From: Verrucomicrobiia bacterium | GTDB lineage: Bacteria; Verrucomicrobiota; Verrucomicrobiia; Limisphaerales; UBA1319 | Reading direction: 5' to 3' | Assembly: GCA_963664225.1 (NCBI GenBank) | Contig: OY760937.1 | Coordinates: 2,432,001 to 2,496,000 of the forward strand | Length of the DNA stretch: 64,000 nucleotides | Part shown: piece after piece, positions 1 through 9,847 of the stretch | Layout: the number at the start of each line of letters is the position of its first letter | Position numbering within the stretch: the first letter of the stretch is position 1 | Made by a program: the position numbers and the translations under genes | Notes under the pieces: model-generated | The model's database searches: none | Seen by the model: the letters and a program-made list of their open reading frames with translations, nothing else | Told to the model about the DNA's origin: nothing

Positions 1-2095
1 CCACCGCAATCATCACGCCGATGAGCACCAGGCCCCATGGCAGTTGCTGGCTGAGAATTCCCTTGATGATGTAGGACATCAGGGTGGCCTTGGGCGCGTC
101 GAATTTGCTCACGAGGCTGCCGTCGGGTCGTCGGGTGTGAACGCCGTTGATGCCGGGATCGGCCAGATAGACGGCCACGCCCTGATTGTCGATGAGGTAG
201 CGGCCTGCGGGCGCGCCCTTCAAATCGGTTTTGTGCCAGACGCGATAGGCATTCGTATCGGAAGCGGCCTGTGGACCGGTGAGTTTTTCAGGGGGGCCCA
301 GTTTCGTGAGGTCGGCCTTCAAGTCCGAGGGGAAATTGCGTCGCACCCTCCACGCCGGTGCGCCGCCTTCCCGGACCAGGTATTCGCCCGGTTCGAGCCG
401 GGGCGCGGTTTGCGGCGTTGTCTCCGCCTGTTCAGCGTTCACTTTCAGCAAATGCCAGGGACCCGGGGTGGGCGTGGCGTTGGTATAGAGAGGCAACTGG
501 ACAAATCGGGCGGCCTCGATGGGCACGGTTTTCACCGCGGCCTCATAAGTAATCGGCGGCACATAGACCGCTCCCACGGCATTCAAGCGCAGCAGGATGG
601 GACCCAGGATCAGCGCTGAACCGAGTGCGCCGATGAGAATGGAGATTTGTTGCAGGCGGGGTGTGGCCCCAATGAGAAAGCCTGTTTTAAGATCCTGCGA
701 GGTCGTTCCGGCGTTTGAGGCCGCGATGCACACAATGCCGCCCACGGAGAGAGCGGTGATGTAATACGATGGGGCGGTCCAGCCGAGGATGAGGAAAATC
801 AGGCACGTCAGGAGCAGCGTGGCGACCGTCATGCCGGAAATGGGGTTGGACGAGGAGCCGATTTCCCCGGTGAGCCGCGAGGAAACGGTGGCAAAGAGAA
901 ATCCGAAGACCACGATGAGAATCGCGCCCGCCAGGTTCATGTGCAGCGGTTTGGCGATGACAATGGCCCCGAGCAACGCGAAAATACCGATCCCGACCCA
1001 CTTCAGGGACAAATCCTGTTCCGTGCGCAACACCTTGCTGCCGGCCTGCGCGGCGGGGCCCATCATTCCCAGGCTCTCCCGGATGCTGTGCCAGATGATG
1101 GGCAGGGAACGCAACAGGCTGATGATGCCCCCCGCGGCGACCGCCCCCGCGCCGATGTAGAGAATGTAAGCGCCGCGAATCTGATTGGGTTCCATTTCAC
1201 TGATGGGAATCGTTCCCGGCGCGAGCGGACCCGCCAGGCCGTCGCCGAAAAATTTGATGGCCGGAATGAGCACCAGGTAGGCGAGCACGCCGCCGCCGCA
1301 CATGATGGCACCCAGATACGGCCCGATGATGTAACCCACGCCCAGCAGTTCGGGCGAAATCTCCGCCGCCACGGACCCGCCTTTGAAAGTGGCGCCAAAG
1401 ATTTTCTCGGGAATTTCCTTCCAACCCTTGAAAGCCACCATGACCGCCTTGTAAATCAGGCCGATGGCAAAACCGGTGAAGATGGTGTTGGCGCCCCCAC
1501 CCTGTTCAATGTGCGCTCCGGGCGTCTGACCGTGGGCCACCGCCTGGGATTCCTCCGAGGCCCCGGCCTTCAAGACCTCCGCGCAGGCGGTGCCTTCCGG
1601 GTATTTGAGACGGCCATGCTGATGCACAATCAAGGCGCGACGTAGGGGGATCATCATCAAAATGCCCAGCAGTCCGCCCAGAACGGCCACCAGCATCACA
1701 CGCGCAATCTCCAGATCGAAGCCCAGGATCAATATCGCCGGCATGGTCACGCCCACGCCAAACGCGATCGATTCGCCCGCCGATCCGGCGGTTTGCACGA
1801 TATTGTTTTCCAGGATGGTCGCCGGTTTGAAACCCAGCTTGGAGAGCAGGCGGAACAGCGTGATCGAGATCACGGCCACCGGGATCGAGGCGCTGACGGT
1901 CAGGCCAACCTTGAGCACCAGGTAAAGGGAGGAGGCCCCAAACACCATGCCCAGCAGCGTGCCGACAATGACCGGCAACGCCGAGAACTCACGCAGATGC
2001 GCGCTCGCCGGGATGTAGGGTTGATACGACGCGCCCGCCTGCGGATCGGGCGTTCCCCCCGCCGGTGGCGTGCTGTTTGATTGCGTGTTGCTCAT
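1..2095 (-). CDS. OPT-family oligopeptide transporter (3' end runs off the left edge; absent from the ORF track)
   Basis: Manual minus-strand translation from ATG 2095: MSNTQSNSTPPAGG...YQPYIPA...LYLVLKVGLTVSASIPVAVISI...ILENNIVQTAGSAGES...LKYPEGTACAEVL...SPELLGVGYIIG...SSNPISGMT...SQDLKTGFLIGATP. These are OPT signature segments with many TM helices. Confidence 0.93.
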   Translation of the reverse strand, partial: MSNTQSNSTPPAGGTPDPQAGASYQPYIPASAHLREFSALPVIVGTLLGMVFGASSLYLVLKVGLTVSASIPVAVISITLFRLLSKLGFKPATILENNIVQTAGSAGESIAFGVGVTMPAILILGFDLEIARVMLVAVLGGLLGILMMIPLRRALIVHQHGRLKYPEGTACAEVLKAGASEESQAVAHGQTPGAHIEQGGGANTIFTGFAIGLIYKAVMVAFKGWKEIPEKIFGATFKGGSVAAEISPELLGVGYIIGPYLGAIMCGGGVLAYLVLIPAIKFFGDGLAGPLAPGTIPISEMEPNQIRGAYILYIGAGAVAAGGIISLLRSLPIIWHSIRESLGMMGPAAQAGSKVLRTEQDLSLKWVGIGIFALLGAIVIAKPLHMNLAGAILIVVFGFLFATVSSRLTGEIGSSSNPISGMTVATLLLTCLIFLILGWTAPSYYITALSVGGIVCIAASNAGTTSQDLKTGFLIGATPRLQQISILIGALGSALILGPILLRLNAVGAVYVPPITYEAAVKTVPIEAARFVQLPLYTNATPTPGPWHLLKVNAEQAETTPQTAPRLEPGEYLVREGGAPAWRVRRNFPSDLKADLTKLGPPEKLTGPQAASDTNAYRVWHKTDLKGAPAGRYLIDNQGVAVYLADPGINGVHTRRPDGSLVSKFDAPKATLMSYIIKGILSQQLPWGLVLIGVMIAV

Positions 2096-2104
2096 GCGGT
2101 GGCG

Positions 2105-2341
2105 TCATTTCACATCACATGGGCCTCCAATGCAAGACCGTCCGCAGCGCAATCTCGTCATTTGGGAGGGAGGATTCGACGGCAATCCCGTTGTTTTAAG
2201 CGCTCGTCGAAATTGCTTGCCCCCTCTTTTTGGCGAGGCATAATATATACCTGTTGATTTGAGTCGGTTAAGATTTTCACCGACGTTGTTAAAAACCAGT
2301 TTGGCTGGCGACTGATGCACATCGCTTTGGTTGGCTGCCAT
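2105..2341 (-). pseudogene. Probable N-terminal remnant of a tyrosine recombinase/integrase
   Basis: VGENLNRLKSTGIYYASPKRGGKQFRRALKTT resembles the arm-binding N-terminus of verrucomicrobial integrases, then degenerates. It lies 80 bp from the tRNA and has no catalytic domain. Confidence 0.55.
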
Positions 2342-2420
2342 GGAACAGTGTGCAGGGTGACAGGCCGAAATAAATCGACAGTTTAAATAAGCTTTAAGTT
2401 GCTTATTACAAAGTGGTTAT

Positions 2421-2495
2421 GCCAACTTAGCTCAGTGGTAGAGCAATGGTTTTGTAAACCATCGGTCGTCGGTTCAAATCCGACAGTTGGCTCCA
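2421..2495 (+). tRNA. tRNA-Thr(UGU)
   Basis: Acceptor GCCAACT/AGTTGGC, D arm GCTCAGTGGTAGAGC, anticodon stem ATGGT/ACCAT with loop TTTGTAA (anticodon TGT), T arm GTCGGTTCAAATCCGAC, encoded CCA. Confidence 0.97.
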
Positions 2496-2680
2496 CTTTC
2501 TTCTTAATCTGATCGCTCCCCAATCCGGTGTCCGTGGAAAAGCGGAATCACGCAACCGATTGAGCCCAACGCGCGGCTCCATTCTCCCGCCCTGTGAGGC
2601 TCTGCTGGAGAGGGAGTCGTCATTTGACTTTTCACGCTGCCGGTTAATGTTATCGGACAAGCATTGGAGGAAGTTTTCTT

Positions 2681-4396
2681 ATGAAGAATCACATCGAAAA
2701 AGTCATAGTATGTGCGGGCCTTCTATTTTGTTCCACAGTTCTGGCCTCTGCCAACACGCTGGTCAGCTTTCAGGTGGACATGAGCACTGCCGGCTTCGAC
2801 CCGGCCACTCAAACGGTTTCCGCCCATGGATCGTTTAATGGCTGGACCACAGGAGTCCCCCTGACCAATAACCCGGCCGGTCCCAATCCATATCTGTGGA
2901 CCGGCGTTGCCGATGCGGCCACCAACGGTACGGTGATGGAATACAAGTATGTCATTGATCCAGGCACCTACGAAAGCATTCCCAAAGGCAATAATCGCCT
3001 GGCGACACTACCCACGACCAGCGGCGCGAGCCTGATCCTTCCAATGGTTTATTTCAACGATGTGCCCACGGCAGCGATCAGCGTCGATCTCACCTTTCAG
3101 GTTGATATGGCCCAGCAAATCAACATTGGCGCATTTACCCCCGGCACCTCGGTGGTGTATCCAAAGGGGACATTCAATAGCTGGGGAACCTACGATGGGA
3201 TGACGAACGATCCCACGATCTTGCGGACCAATCTGAACGGCCTGGTCTCCTCCAATGTCTATGTGGGCACCTACCCGGTCCTCGGCTCACCGGGCCAGAC
3301 CATGGATTACAAGTTCTATATCGACACCGGCGGCAAGTATGAAGATCTGGCCGCAGGTGCTGTCGATCCTTCCGACCACAACAATCGTTTTTTCAATCTC
3401 GCGGACGCGCCAGCGCAAAGCCTGCCTGTGGTGTTCTTTAGCGACGCCCCCTATTCCACGGCGATCACGAATGCAGTGACCTTTCAAGTGGACATGATCG
3501 TGCAGATCGAAAACGGGAATTTTGACCCCGCGCTCCATACGGTTGAGCTTCGCGGCAATTTCAACTCCTGGGGAACATCTCAAATCCTCTGCACCAACGA
3601 CCCCGCCGCGCCCGACACGAACATCTATCGGGCGGTCGTGAGCATCGTGGACAGCGCCAACGCCACGGAACAATACAAGTTCTGGTCCAGTTCGTCCATC
3701 GGCTGGGAAAACATGGCCAATAATCGCACCTTCCAGATGACCAATGCGCCCGCGCAAGCACTTCCAGTCGTTTACTTCAACAATGTCAGCATTAACGATG
3801 TTCTGCAGGAGGATACGGTCGTGACCTTTAGCATCAACATGACGAATGCAGTTGGAACCGACTCGCATTCATTTGACCCGTCCGTCGGCGATACGGTCTA
3901 TTTGAATGGCGTGCCCAATGGTTTTTTGAGCTGGGACACCTCGCTGCCTCAGTTGACCAATAATCCCGCCGACAGCCGGATTTATACGATCGAGATGCTC
4001 CTGCCCAAGGGAAGTCCTGTCGTTCAAAACTATAAGTACAGCATCAACGGCACGGACAACGAGGCCGCCCAAGGTAGCAACCACAACCGGGTCGTGCGCC
4101 GCGCGGGGACTTATGCACTGCCGCTGGATGTGTTCGGCACTCCATACGCGGAACCGTCTTTTGGTCCACTGGCCATTGGCGCCGTCGTCACCAACAGCGT
4201 GCCCGTCTCCTGGCTGGGCCGCCCGGGCGTACACCTTCAAACCGCCGCCGATCTGTCCGGTGGCAAATGGCAGGATCTGCCCGGCACCGACGGGGCGACC
4301 TGGACGAACGTGACCATGTCAACCAACGGCTTTGTGAGTGTGACTAACTATCCAACGGGCGCCACCCAGACATTCCTGCGCCTGATCAAGCGATAA
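2681..4396 (+). CDS. Secreted protein with four CBM20-like beta-sandwich repeats and a C-terminal FLRL-type domain
   Basis: Signal peptide. Repeats begin VSFQVDMS, LTFQVDMA, VTFQVDMI and VTFSINMT, mostly with a G-x-FNxW motif, and carry YKY/YKF and NR motifs. Ends TQTFLRLIKR. Confidence 0.75.
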   Translation: MKNHIEKVIVCAGLLFCSTVLASANTLVSFQVDMSTAGFDPATQTVSAHGSFNGWTTGVPLTNNPAGPNPYLWTGVADAATNGTVMEYKYVIDPGTYESIPKGNNRLATLPTTSGASLILPMVYFNDVPTAAISVDLTFQVDMAQQINIGAFTPGTSVVYPKGTFNSWGTYDGMTNDPTILRTNLNGLVSSNVYVGTYPVLGSPGQTMDYKFYIDTGGKYEDLAAGAVDPSDHNNRFFNLADAPAQSLPVVFFSDAPYSTAITNAVTFQVDMIVQIENGNFDPALHTVELRGNFNSWGTSQILCTNDPAAPDTNIYRAVVSIVDSANATEQYKFWSSSSIGWENMANNRTFQMTNAPAQALPVVYFNNVSINDVLQEDTVVTFSINMTNAVGTDSHSFDPSVGDTVYLNGVPNGFLSWDTSLPQLTNNPADSRIYTIEMLLPKGSPVVQNYKYSINGTDNEAAQGSNHNRVVRRAGTYALPLDVFGTPYAEPSFGPLAIGAVVTNSVPVSWLGRPGVHLQTAADLSGGKWQDLPGTDGATWTNVTMSTNGFVSVTNYPTGATQTFLRLIKR

Positions 4397-4497
4397 GCCC
4401 GTCCAATGTTCCAGCGGCCGTTTGAAGATGGCGCGGTTCTGAACAACGGAGCCGTTTTCGACTGGCTCAGCGGGCGCATTTCTGGCAAAAGGAATTC

Positions 4498-4866
4498 ATG
4501 GTCGGTCATGAAAATGCCAGTGATGGCCCGCAGGAATTTGGACACAATCCATTTGCGGCGTTGAACAGTGCCGGGTTGCCACCGGGTCCTCAGGACTCCT
4601 CAACAAAGGCGCCGACGAAGAATCGCGGACGGGTGGACATCATACGACAGAAGGCGGGCCGCGGAGGAAAGACCGTGACCGTGGTGACCCATTTCGTGGG
4701 CATTGGTCTGCCCGAAAAAGAGAAACTGGCCAAACAAATGCAGAAGACCTGCGGCACCGGCGGCACCGTGAAGGACGGCCAGATTGAAATCCAAGGCGAC
4801 AAGCGGGAGGAAGTCGCGCGCATATTGATCGAGGCTGGCTTCCGACCGGTGTTTGCCGGGGGCTGA
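4498..4866 (+). CDS. yciH: SUI1/YciH-family translation initiation factor
   Basis: KAGRGGKTVTVV...LAKQMQKTCGTGGTVKDGQIEIQGD. Confidence 0.92.
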   Translation: MVGHENASDGPQEFGHNPFAALNSAGLPPGPQDSSTKAPTKNRGRVDIIRQKAGRGGKTVTVVTHFVGIGLPEKEKLAKQMQKTCGTGGTVKDGQIEIQGDKREEVARILIEAGFRPVFAGG

Positions 4867-4946
4867 GGGTCCGCCGCAAATTGCGATGATGGGCGGGTTC
4901 AGAACCAAGACTCCCCGCGCCATCCCCTCTCAACAATTCGTCCGCC

Positions 4947-7900
4947 TTATTTCAGTTCCATCAGTTTCGTTTTTGCGCCCAGATGATCCGGGCTGATCTG
5001 GCTCGCTTTCTCAAATGCCTCTCTGGCCTTCTCTTTTTCGCCTAAGCCAAGATGACCCAGTCCGGCAATGTAATGAGTCATCGCCAGTCTGGAGCGCTGG
5101 GATTGCTGGACATTAAAGGCTGCCGAGGGATCGATCGCGGCCGATTGCTGCAAGGCCTCTTCCGCAGATTTAACCAGACTTTGGAAACCCGCCTGCGCCT
5201 TTTCATCCTGACCGCCGAGTCTCTTCATTGACATTGCAGAGTAGTAGCTTTGGACACCGCGCTCAGAAACCAATCCCCGACCGCCCCGGGGGGATTCGCA
5301 GTCGGCCGACACCTTCCAGGATTGCCGGGCCTGATCTTTTTCTCCCATGGCCTCGCGGGTCATCCCAATCCAATAAGCCGTTTCGGCCAGGCGGCCTGAG
5401 CCGTCGCCATTATCGTTGGGCAAATTGTCGGGAATGGAGTTTGCGGCCTGAAAATCAGCAAGCGCCTCCTTGTCTTCACTGGCTGCGAGGTGCTGGCGTC
5501 CGCGCAGCAAATGCGCGTTGGACCAATCCGAAGCCACGTTAAGCGTTCCACCTTCCCAGACATTGAAATGGCGGCCGGTCATCAGCCGGATGGCTTCGTC
5601 GTATTGCCCCATGAACACTTTCAAGGAAATGGCTCTGGAGAGGGCATCGTCGCGCCCGACAACAATGCTCAGGTTTTTATCGAGCATCGCCATGCGCTTT
5701 TCGGGCGAAATGCCCGCCGCTTCATAAAGCTCATCCAGCTCACAAAAATGGATCGGATATTTGTTTGGAAGCGCCACCGCCTTTTCCATGCAATCGATGG
5801 CCTTGATCAAATCGTTCCCATCGGGCTGATGAGAATAGGCGATGGCCAGATTGCGATGAGCAATGGGAAACGACGGATCGAGCGCGGCCGATTTCTCCCA
5901 CAAACCGACCGCCTCCGCAGGCTGGTTGTCAAAGAGCAGATTGCCCAGAAAATGCGGGGCGCGGGCATCGCTTGGATTGCGCTTCATCGCCCGCCCAAGC
6001 ACCTCGATGGCCTCGGATTGAAACGGGAAAACGTAGTCAGGGGACATTTGCACGGCCAGACGGCCGTATTCAGAGGCTTGTTCGGTTTGACCCATTTTTT
6101 CGGCGAAATAAGCCAGATAGTAATAAACCATGGGGGATATTCCATTGCGATCCGGCGCGGCCTTGATGAGCTGTTCCAGAACGGCGGCACCATCCTTCCA
6201 TAAACCGGCATCAAAATATTCAGCGGCGGTTTCCGCGGCCGTTGAAGGATGGGCGCTCATGGTGAAGACCATGGTTTTGGCCGAGAGCACCGTTTGCGAT
6301 GCCAGCCATTTCTCGGCCATGGCGCGAACATCCAGCGGGTCAGCCTGGTGCGCGGCTGAATTCAGAATGACGAGAGCCTCCTGGTTGCGTCCCGACTGAC
6401 GCAAGAGGGCAGCCTTGAGATTTAACGCGCGAATGTTCTGAGCGTTTGCATCGAGTGAACGGTCCAGATACTTCAGCGCGTCCGCCGACTGGTTGCGGGC
6501 GCAGGCGATTTCGGCCAAAGAGTAGTATCCACCGGACCGCCACGGAGCGCTCCAGGTGGCCTTGTAGAATGCATCAAAGGCTTCATCCATTTTCCCCTGG
6601 GCCTTGAGCGCCACGCCAAGATAGTAGTATGGTTCGGCGTTCTTCGGCATCGTGTATTCAAACGTGAGACGTTCCAGCGCCTTGCGGAGATGTTTCTCAG
6701 CCTCCTCAAAACGCATCCGCTTGATCAGCAAAATGCCCATGGCCGCATTCACTTGAGCATCGCCTGGATCGCGGCGCAACGCCTCTTCCCAATAGAGGTC
6801 GGGTTTCTCGGTGGCATTGTGGAATTGCTGGAGTCGCAGGCCGGCCAGATAGAGTTCCTCGTTGGTCTTGATCTTATCCGGAGCGGCGGGATTTTCGACC
6901 GGTTTTGGCATGGGCTCAGGCTTTAACCGAATGGGACTATAAGACACCAGTTCCCGGCCATCGACGGACAGGGACGCGCGCACATCGTGTTCATCCACGC
7001 CCGCAGGAATGGTGAGCTTCTTTAAATAAGCCGTGCCGGGGTTGATGGCCGTCTTTTCACGCAGCAGCGTTTTGTCCCCGGCCGTGACGAGGACTTCAGC
7101 ATCCTTGTAAGCCGCAGTGGTTGAGAAACCCACCCTGGCGGTTCCATCATTTGCCACATCGAGATTCACGGCAGCATCGAGGTTGGCCTTCTTCACGCCA
7201 CCGATGTCGCGGAAGGGATACCAATACATCTCAAACGACTTCACCTCGTAAGGCTCCAGCCAACTGTAATCCGGCTGGTTGTCCGAATAACCGCCCACCA
7301 TCAATTCGATGTAAGGTCCATCCTCGTCGGTGAGTATTTTATCCCACATGCGTCCCCGGGGACCATTGCCCCAGGTCCAGAGCTTTTTCCCGGGAACGAT
7401 ATGGTGATCGGCAACACTCATCAGGCCCGCATTCCGGCCATGATCGTAACCGGCGAAAAAGTCGTCTTCGTAATTCCAGGCGAACATCGAATTGGCCGCC
7501 AGGTGATTGGTAAACCAGCTCACATCCACGCCTTTGCTGAAGTCGTATCCGCCATACCTGGTGCTGGCGATGGGCCATGTCGTGAAGTCGCGTTTGTGAT
7601 GGTGCGTCACATGCTGGGTGCCGGGTGGAAAAATGACCTGGTAGTTTTCATTCACACTGACCGCCACATTGGCAAAGCAGAGCATGGATTGCAGTGTCGG
7701 TGTGCGATTCACAATGCGGATCGAGGCTTCGAGATAGGATTTCCCGGGACGCAGAGTATAGCCCACAGCCCAGCGCATGCGATCGCGCACCTCCAGTTCG
7801 CCCACCCACACTGTTTTCGAACCGTCCTTGTTGTTTTCGATGCGGTATTGGACGGGAATGAAAGTACTGGCCCGGTGGTGATGCGGAATGTTCCATTCCA

Positions 7901-8321
7901 CTCCACCTGAAATCCAGGCGCCGATCAGGCCAATCAGGGCGGGTTTGATGACGTGCTGGCGGTAGAAGAAATCGTAATTATTCGACTTGTCCACGCCGGA
8001 GAAAATGCGCCCGCCAATCTCGGGCAGGATGCCAATCTTCACATACTCGTTCTCCAGATAGACCATTTTGTAGATCTTGTCGGCCTTCTTGCCGGTCAGC
8101 GTATCGTAGAGCGGGTATGGATAAATGCGCCCCGCCGCCCCCTGGGATTGCCGCCCGAAATAAAACATCGGATTGCGCTCAGGCTCCCCCGCCCCGTAGG
8201 TGGGCAGAACCACATCCTCCTCTGAAACTCGAACAGGCGCGCTGGCGGCGACCGAAAACGGCGCCAACAACACGGCGCATGTGAGGCACATCAAAATTCG
8301 GTGAATAGTCACGCCCTTCAT
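4947..8321 (-). CDS. DUF5107 domain plus TPR-repeat protein, secreted
   Basis: YPYPLYD...LENEYVKIGILPEIGGRI...IKPALIGLIGAWISGGVEWN...GKKLWTWG...GPYIELMVG followed by many TPR-like repeats. Start moved from 8486 to MKGVTIH, which gives a signal peptide. Confidence 0.85.
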   Translation of the reverse strand: MKGVTIHRILMCLTCAVLLAPFSVAASAPVRVSEEDVVLPTYGAGEPERNPMFYFGRQSQGAAGRIYPYPLYDTLTGKKADKIYKMVYLENEYVKIGILPEIGGRIFSGVDKSNNYDFFYRQHVIKPALIGLIGAWISGGVEWNIPHHHRASTFIPVQYRIENNKDGSKTVWVGELEVRDRMRWAVGYTLRPGKSYLEASIRIVNRTPTLQSMLCFANVAVSVNENYQVIFPPGTQHVTHHHKRDFTTWPIASTRYGGYDFSKGVDVSWFTNHLAANSMFAWNYEDDFFAGYDHGRNAGLMSVADHHIVPGKKLWTWGNGPRGRMWDKILTDEDGPYIELMVGGYSDNQPDYSWLEPYEVKSFEMYWYPFRDIGGVKKANLDAAVNLDVANDGTARVGFSTTAAYKDAEVLVTAGDKTLLREKTAINPGTAYLKKLTIPAGVDEHDVRASLSVDGRELVSYSPIRLKPEPMPKPVENPAAPDKIKTNEELYLAGLRLQQFHNATEKPDLYWEEALRRDPGDAQVNAAMGILLIKRMRFEEAEKHLRKALERLTFEYTMPKNAEPYYYLGVALKAQGKMDEAFDAFYKATWSAPWRSGGYYSLAEIACARNQSADALKYLDRSLDANAQNIRALNLKAALLRQSGRNQEALVILNSAAHQADPLDVRAMAEKWLASQTVLSAKTMVFTMSAHPSTAAETAAEYFDAGLWKDGAAVLEQLIKAAPDRNGISPMVYYYLAYFAEKMGQTEQASEYGRLAVQMSPDYVFPFQSEAIEVLGRAMKRNPSDARAPHFLGNLLFDNQPAEAVGLWEKSAALDPSFPIAHRNLAIAYSHQPDGNDLIKAIDCMEKAVALPNKYPIHFCELDELYEAAGISPEKRMAMLDKNLSIVVGRDDALSRAISLKVFMGQYDEAIRLMTGRHFNVWEGGTLNVASDWSNAHLLRGRQHLAASEDKEALADFQAANSIPDNLPNDNGDGSGRLAETAYWIGMTREAMGEKDQARQSWKVSADCESPRGGRGLVSERGVQSYYSAMSMKRLGGQDEKAQAGFQSLVKSAEEALQQSAAIDPSAAFNVQQSQRSRLAMTHYIAGLGHLGLGEKEKAREAFEKASQISPDHLGAKTKLMELK

Positions 8322-8495
8322 AGCATGATGGAAATTTGCTTTTATGAAACTGCGCGCGGAAACGCGGCATTTGATTTGGTCGGCCTTCATGTGTACGGCG
8401 AGTCTAGGTCTCCATGCCGTGGAGAAAAGCTTCTTTTTCAACGAAACGGTTTTCTCCAATTGGTTGCGCCCTGGGGAGAGTCGCACACGAAACCG

Positions 8496-8840
8496 CTAAA
8501 TCTGCCGCTGCTCTTCCGCCAAAAGGCCTATGCCGATGAACACCACAAGAATTATTGGCGAAAGCCATAAATCGTCGGTTGTGATCAGCATCTGCGATAG
8601 CAGGTGGGCGAGCACCAGATTCAATGCCCCATATCCAAAGGCAACCAGCATCACGAATGCGAATACCCTGATGATGAAATGACACTTTTTAATCGCCAGC
8701 TTAAACCAGCCATTGATCGCACCGCCAAACACCGCCAGCAGGCTGGAGGTGATGGCTATGGATACCTGGGGAATTACGGGCCGAATCGATTGGGAGGCCC
8801 AAACGATTGGATTTGCCGTTATATGGGTGACGTCGATCAT
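8496..8840 (-). CDS. DUF3392-like small membrane protein
   Basis: Three hydrophobic helices; LLAVFGGAIN...FIIRVFAFVMLVAFGYG...IGLLAEE pattern. Confidence 0.7.
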   Translation of the reverse strand: MIDVTHITANPIVWASQSIRPVIPQVSIAITSSLLAVFGGAINGWFKLAIKKCHFIIRVFAFVMLVAFGYGALNLVLAHLLSQMLITTDDLWLSPIILVVFIGIGLLAEEQRQI

Positions 8841-8885
8841 ATTTTGCCGGGACGATTCCGGGCATTTTCCGGCCGCACTTTTTAA

Positions 8886-9773
8886 TTATTGGGGAAGCTT
8901 CCAGGCGCGCACGTAATCGATGCTGAACGTCGAAGGCAGATCTGAATCCTGCGGCATCCCAAACCACTCAGGCATCGTTTCGCTGTCGAAAATAAGGAAC
9001 AGCGGATTGTGCCAATGGGAGTTCTCCTGAGTGCGGACCAGCACGCCATCGATGTACCAGCGCAGTTCGTCCTTGCGCCATTCCAGGCCAAACACATGAA
9101 AATCGTCCGCAAAACGGAAAGGAGCCTCCCATTCGCCGTGCGCCTGCCAATGACCCGCGACCGTGGGAGTCTTAAAGACGTGCGTCGTCATGTTGTAGCG
9201 GTGCTGCTGGTCCCTGCCCTTGCCGGAGAGCTCAAACACATCGATTTCAGTGGCCCAGCCGGGCGTGGGCTCCACCTGGAACCAGAATGAGCTGGACCCG
9301 GCGGAATTCATTGGCCGGGCCCTGATCTCATAATAGCCATAGCTTGATTGCACGCGGCTGTGGAGGGCGGCCGAACTGTAATTGGTGTAACCGCGTTTTT
9401 CGTATTCGGCGGGAACCTTCTCGCGCCGCATCGTTAAGTTTAAGCGGCCATCCTGCACGGTGACATTGGTTGGATTGAACCAGGCCGGTTGGCGTCCCTG
9501 CCACCATTCCAGTCCGACCACCCATTTGTTCGTGTCGAGGCTCGTCCCCTTGAATTCGTCCCACATGGGCTCGAATTTCACCCAACCGGCGCGGTTGGTC
9601 TGATCGGAGAGCGGCATCATGACATTTTGACGAACGGCCAGATTGGTCAGGGGGCCTTTCAGCGTCCATTGCTTCAATGCAGGAGCGGCGATTTCCGCCG
9701 CCTGGAGGGCGCAGAGCGAGGCCCATAAACAGGCCCATGTAACAAGACTTGCAGCCGGGGTTGCGAATTTCAT
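8886..9773 (-). CDS. Glycoside hydrolase family 16 (porphyranase/agarase/carrageenase-like branch possible)
   Basis: Signal peptide; WDEF, YGYYEIRAR, catalytic EIDVFE, FHVFGLEW and IDYVRAW motifs. Confidence 0.9.
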   Translation of the reverse strand: MKFATPAASLVTWACLWASLCALQAAEIAAPALKQWTLKGPLTNLAVRQNVMMPLSDQTNRAGWVKFEPMWDEFKGTSLDTNKWVVGLEWWQGRQPAWFNPTNVTVQDGRLNLTMRREKVPAEYEKRGYTNYSSAALHSRVQSSYGYYEIRARPMNSAGSSSFWFQVEPTPGWATEIDVFELSGKGRDQQHRYNMTTHVFKTPTVAGHWQAHGEWEAPFRFADDFHVFGLEWRKDELRWYIDGVLVRTQENSHWHNPLFLIFDSETMPEWFGMPQDSDLPSTFSIDYVRAWKLPQ

Positions 9774-9847
9774 GGGCGGATCATAACCGATCCGGGGCGC
9801 TTGAAAAGTTTATCCCGGTTGCCACAAAGTCCGAGGTTCGCGCGTTC

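Noticed and set aside
44..2080. Several plus-strand ORFs of 60-234 aa
   Set aside because: They lie antisense to the OPT transporter, which the ORF track missed because its stop is outside the window.
2427..2838. Short ORFs overlapping the tRNA and the 2681 gene start
   Set aside because: They overlap a confident tRNA and CDS and have no protein-like features.
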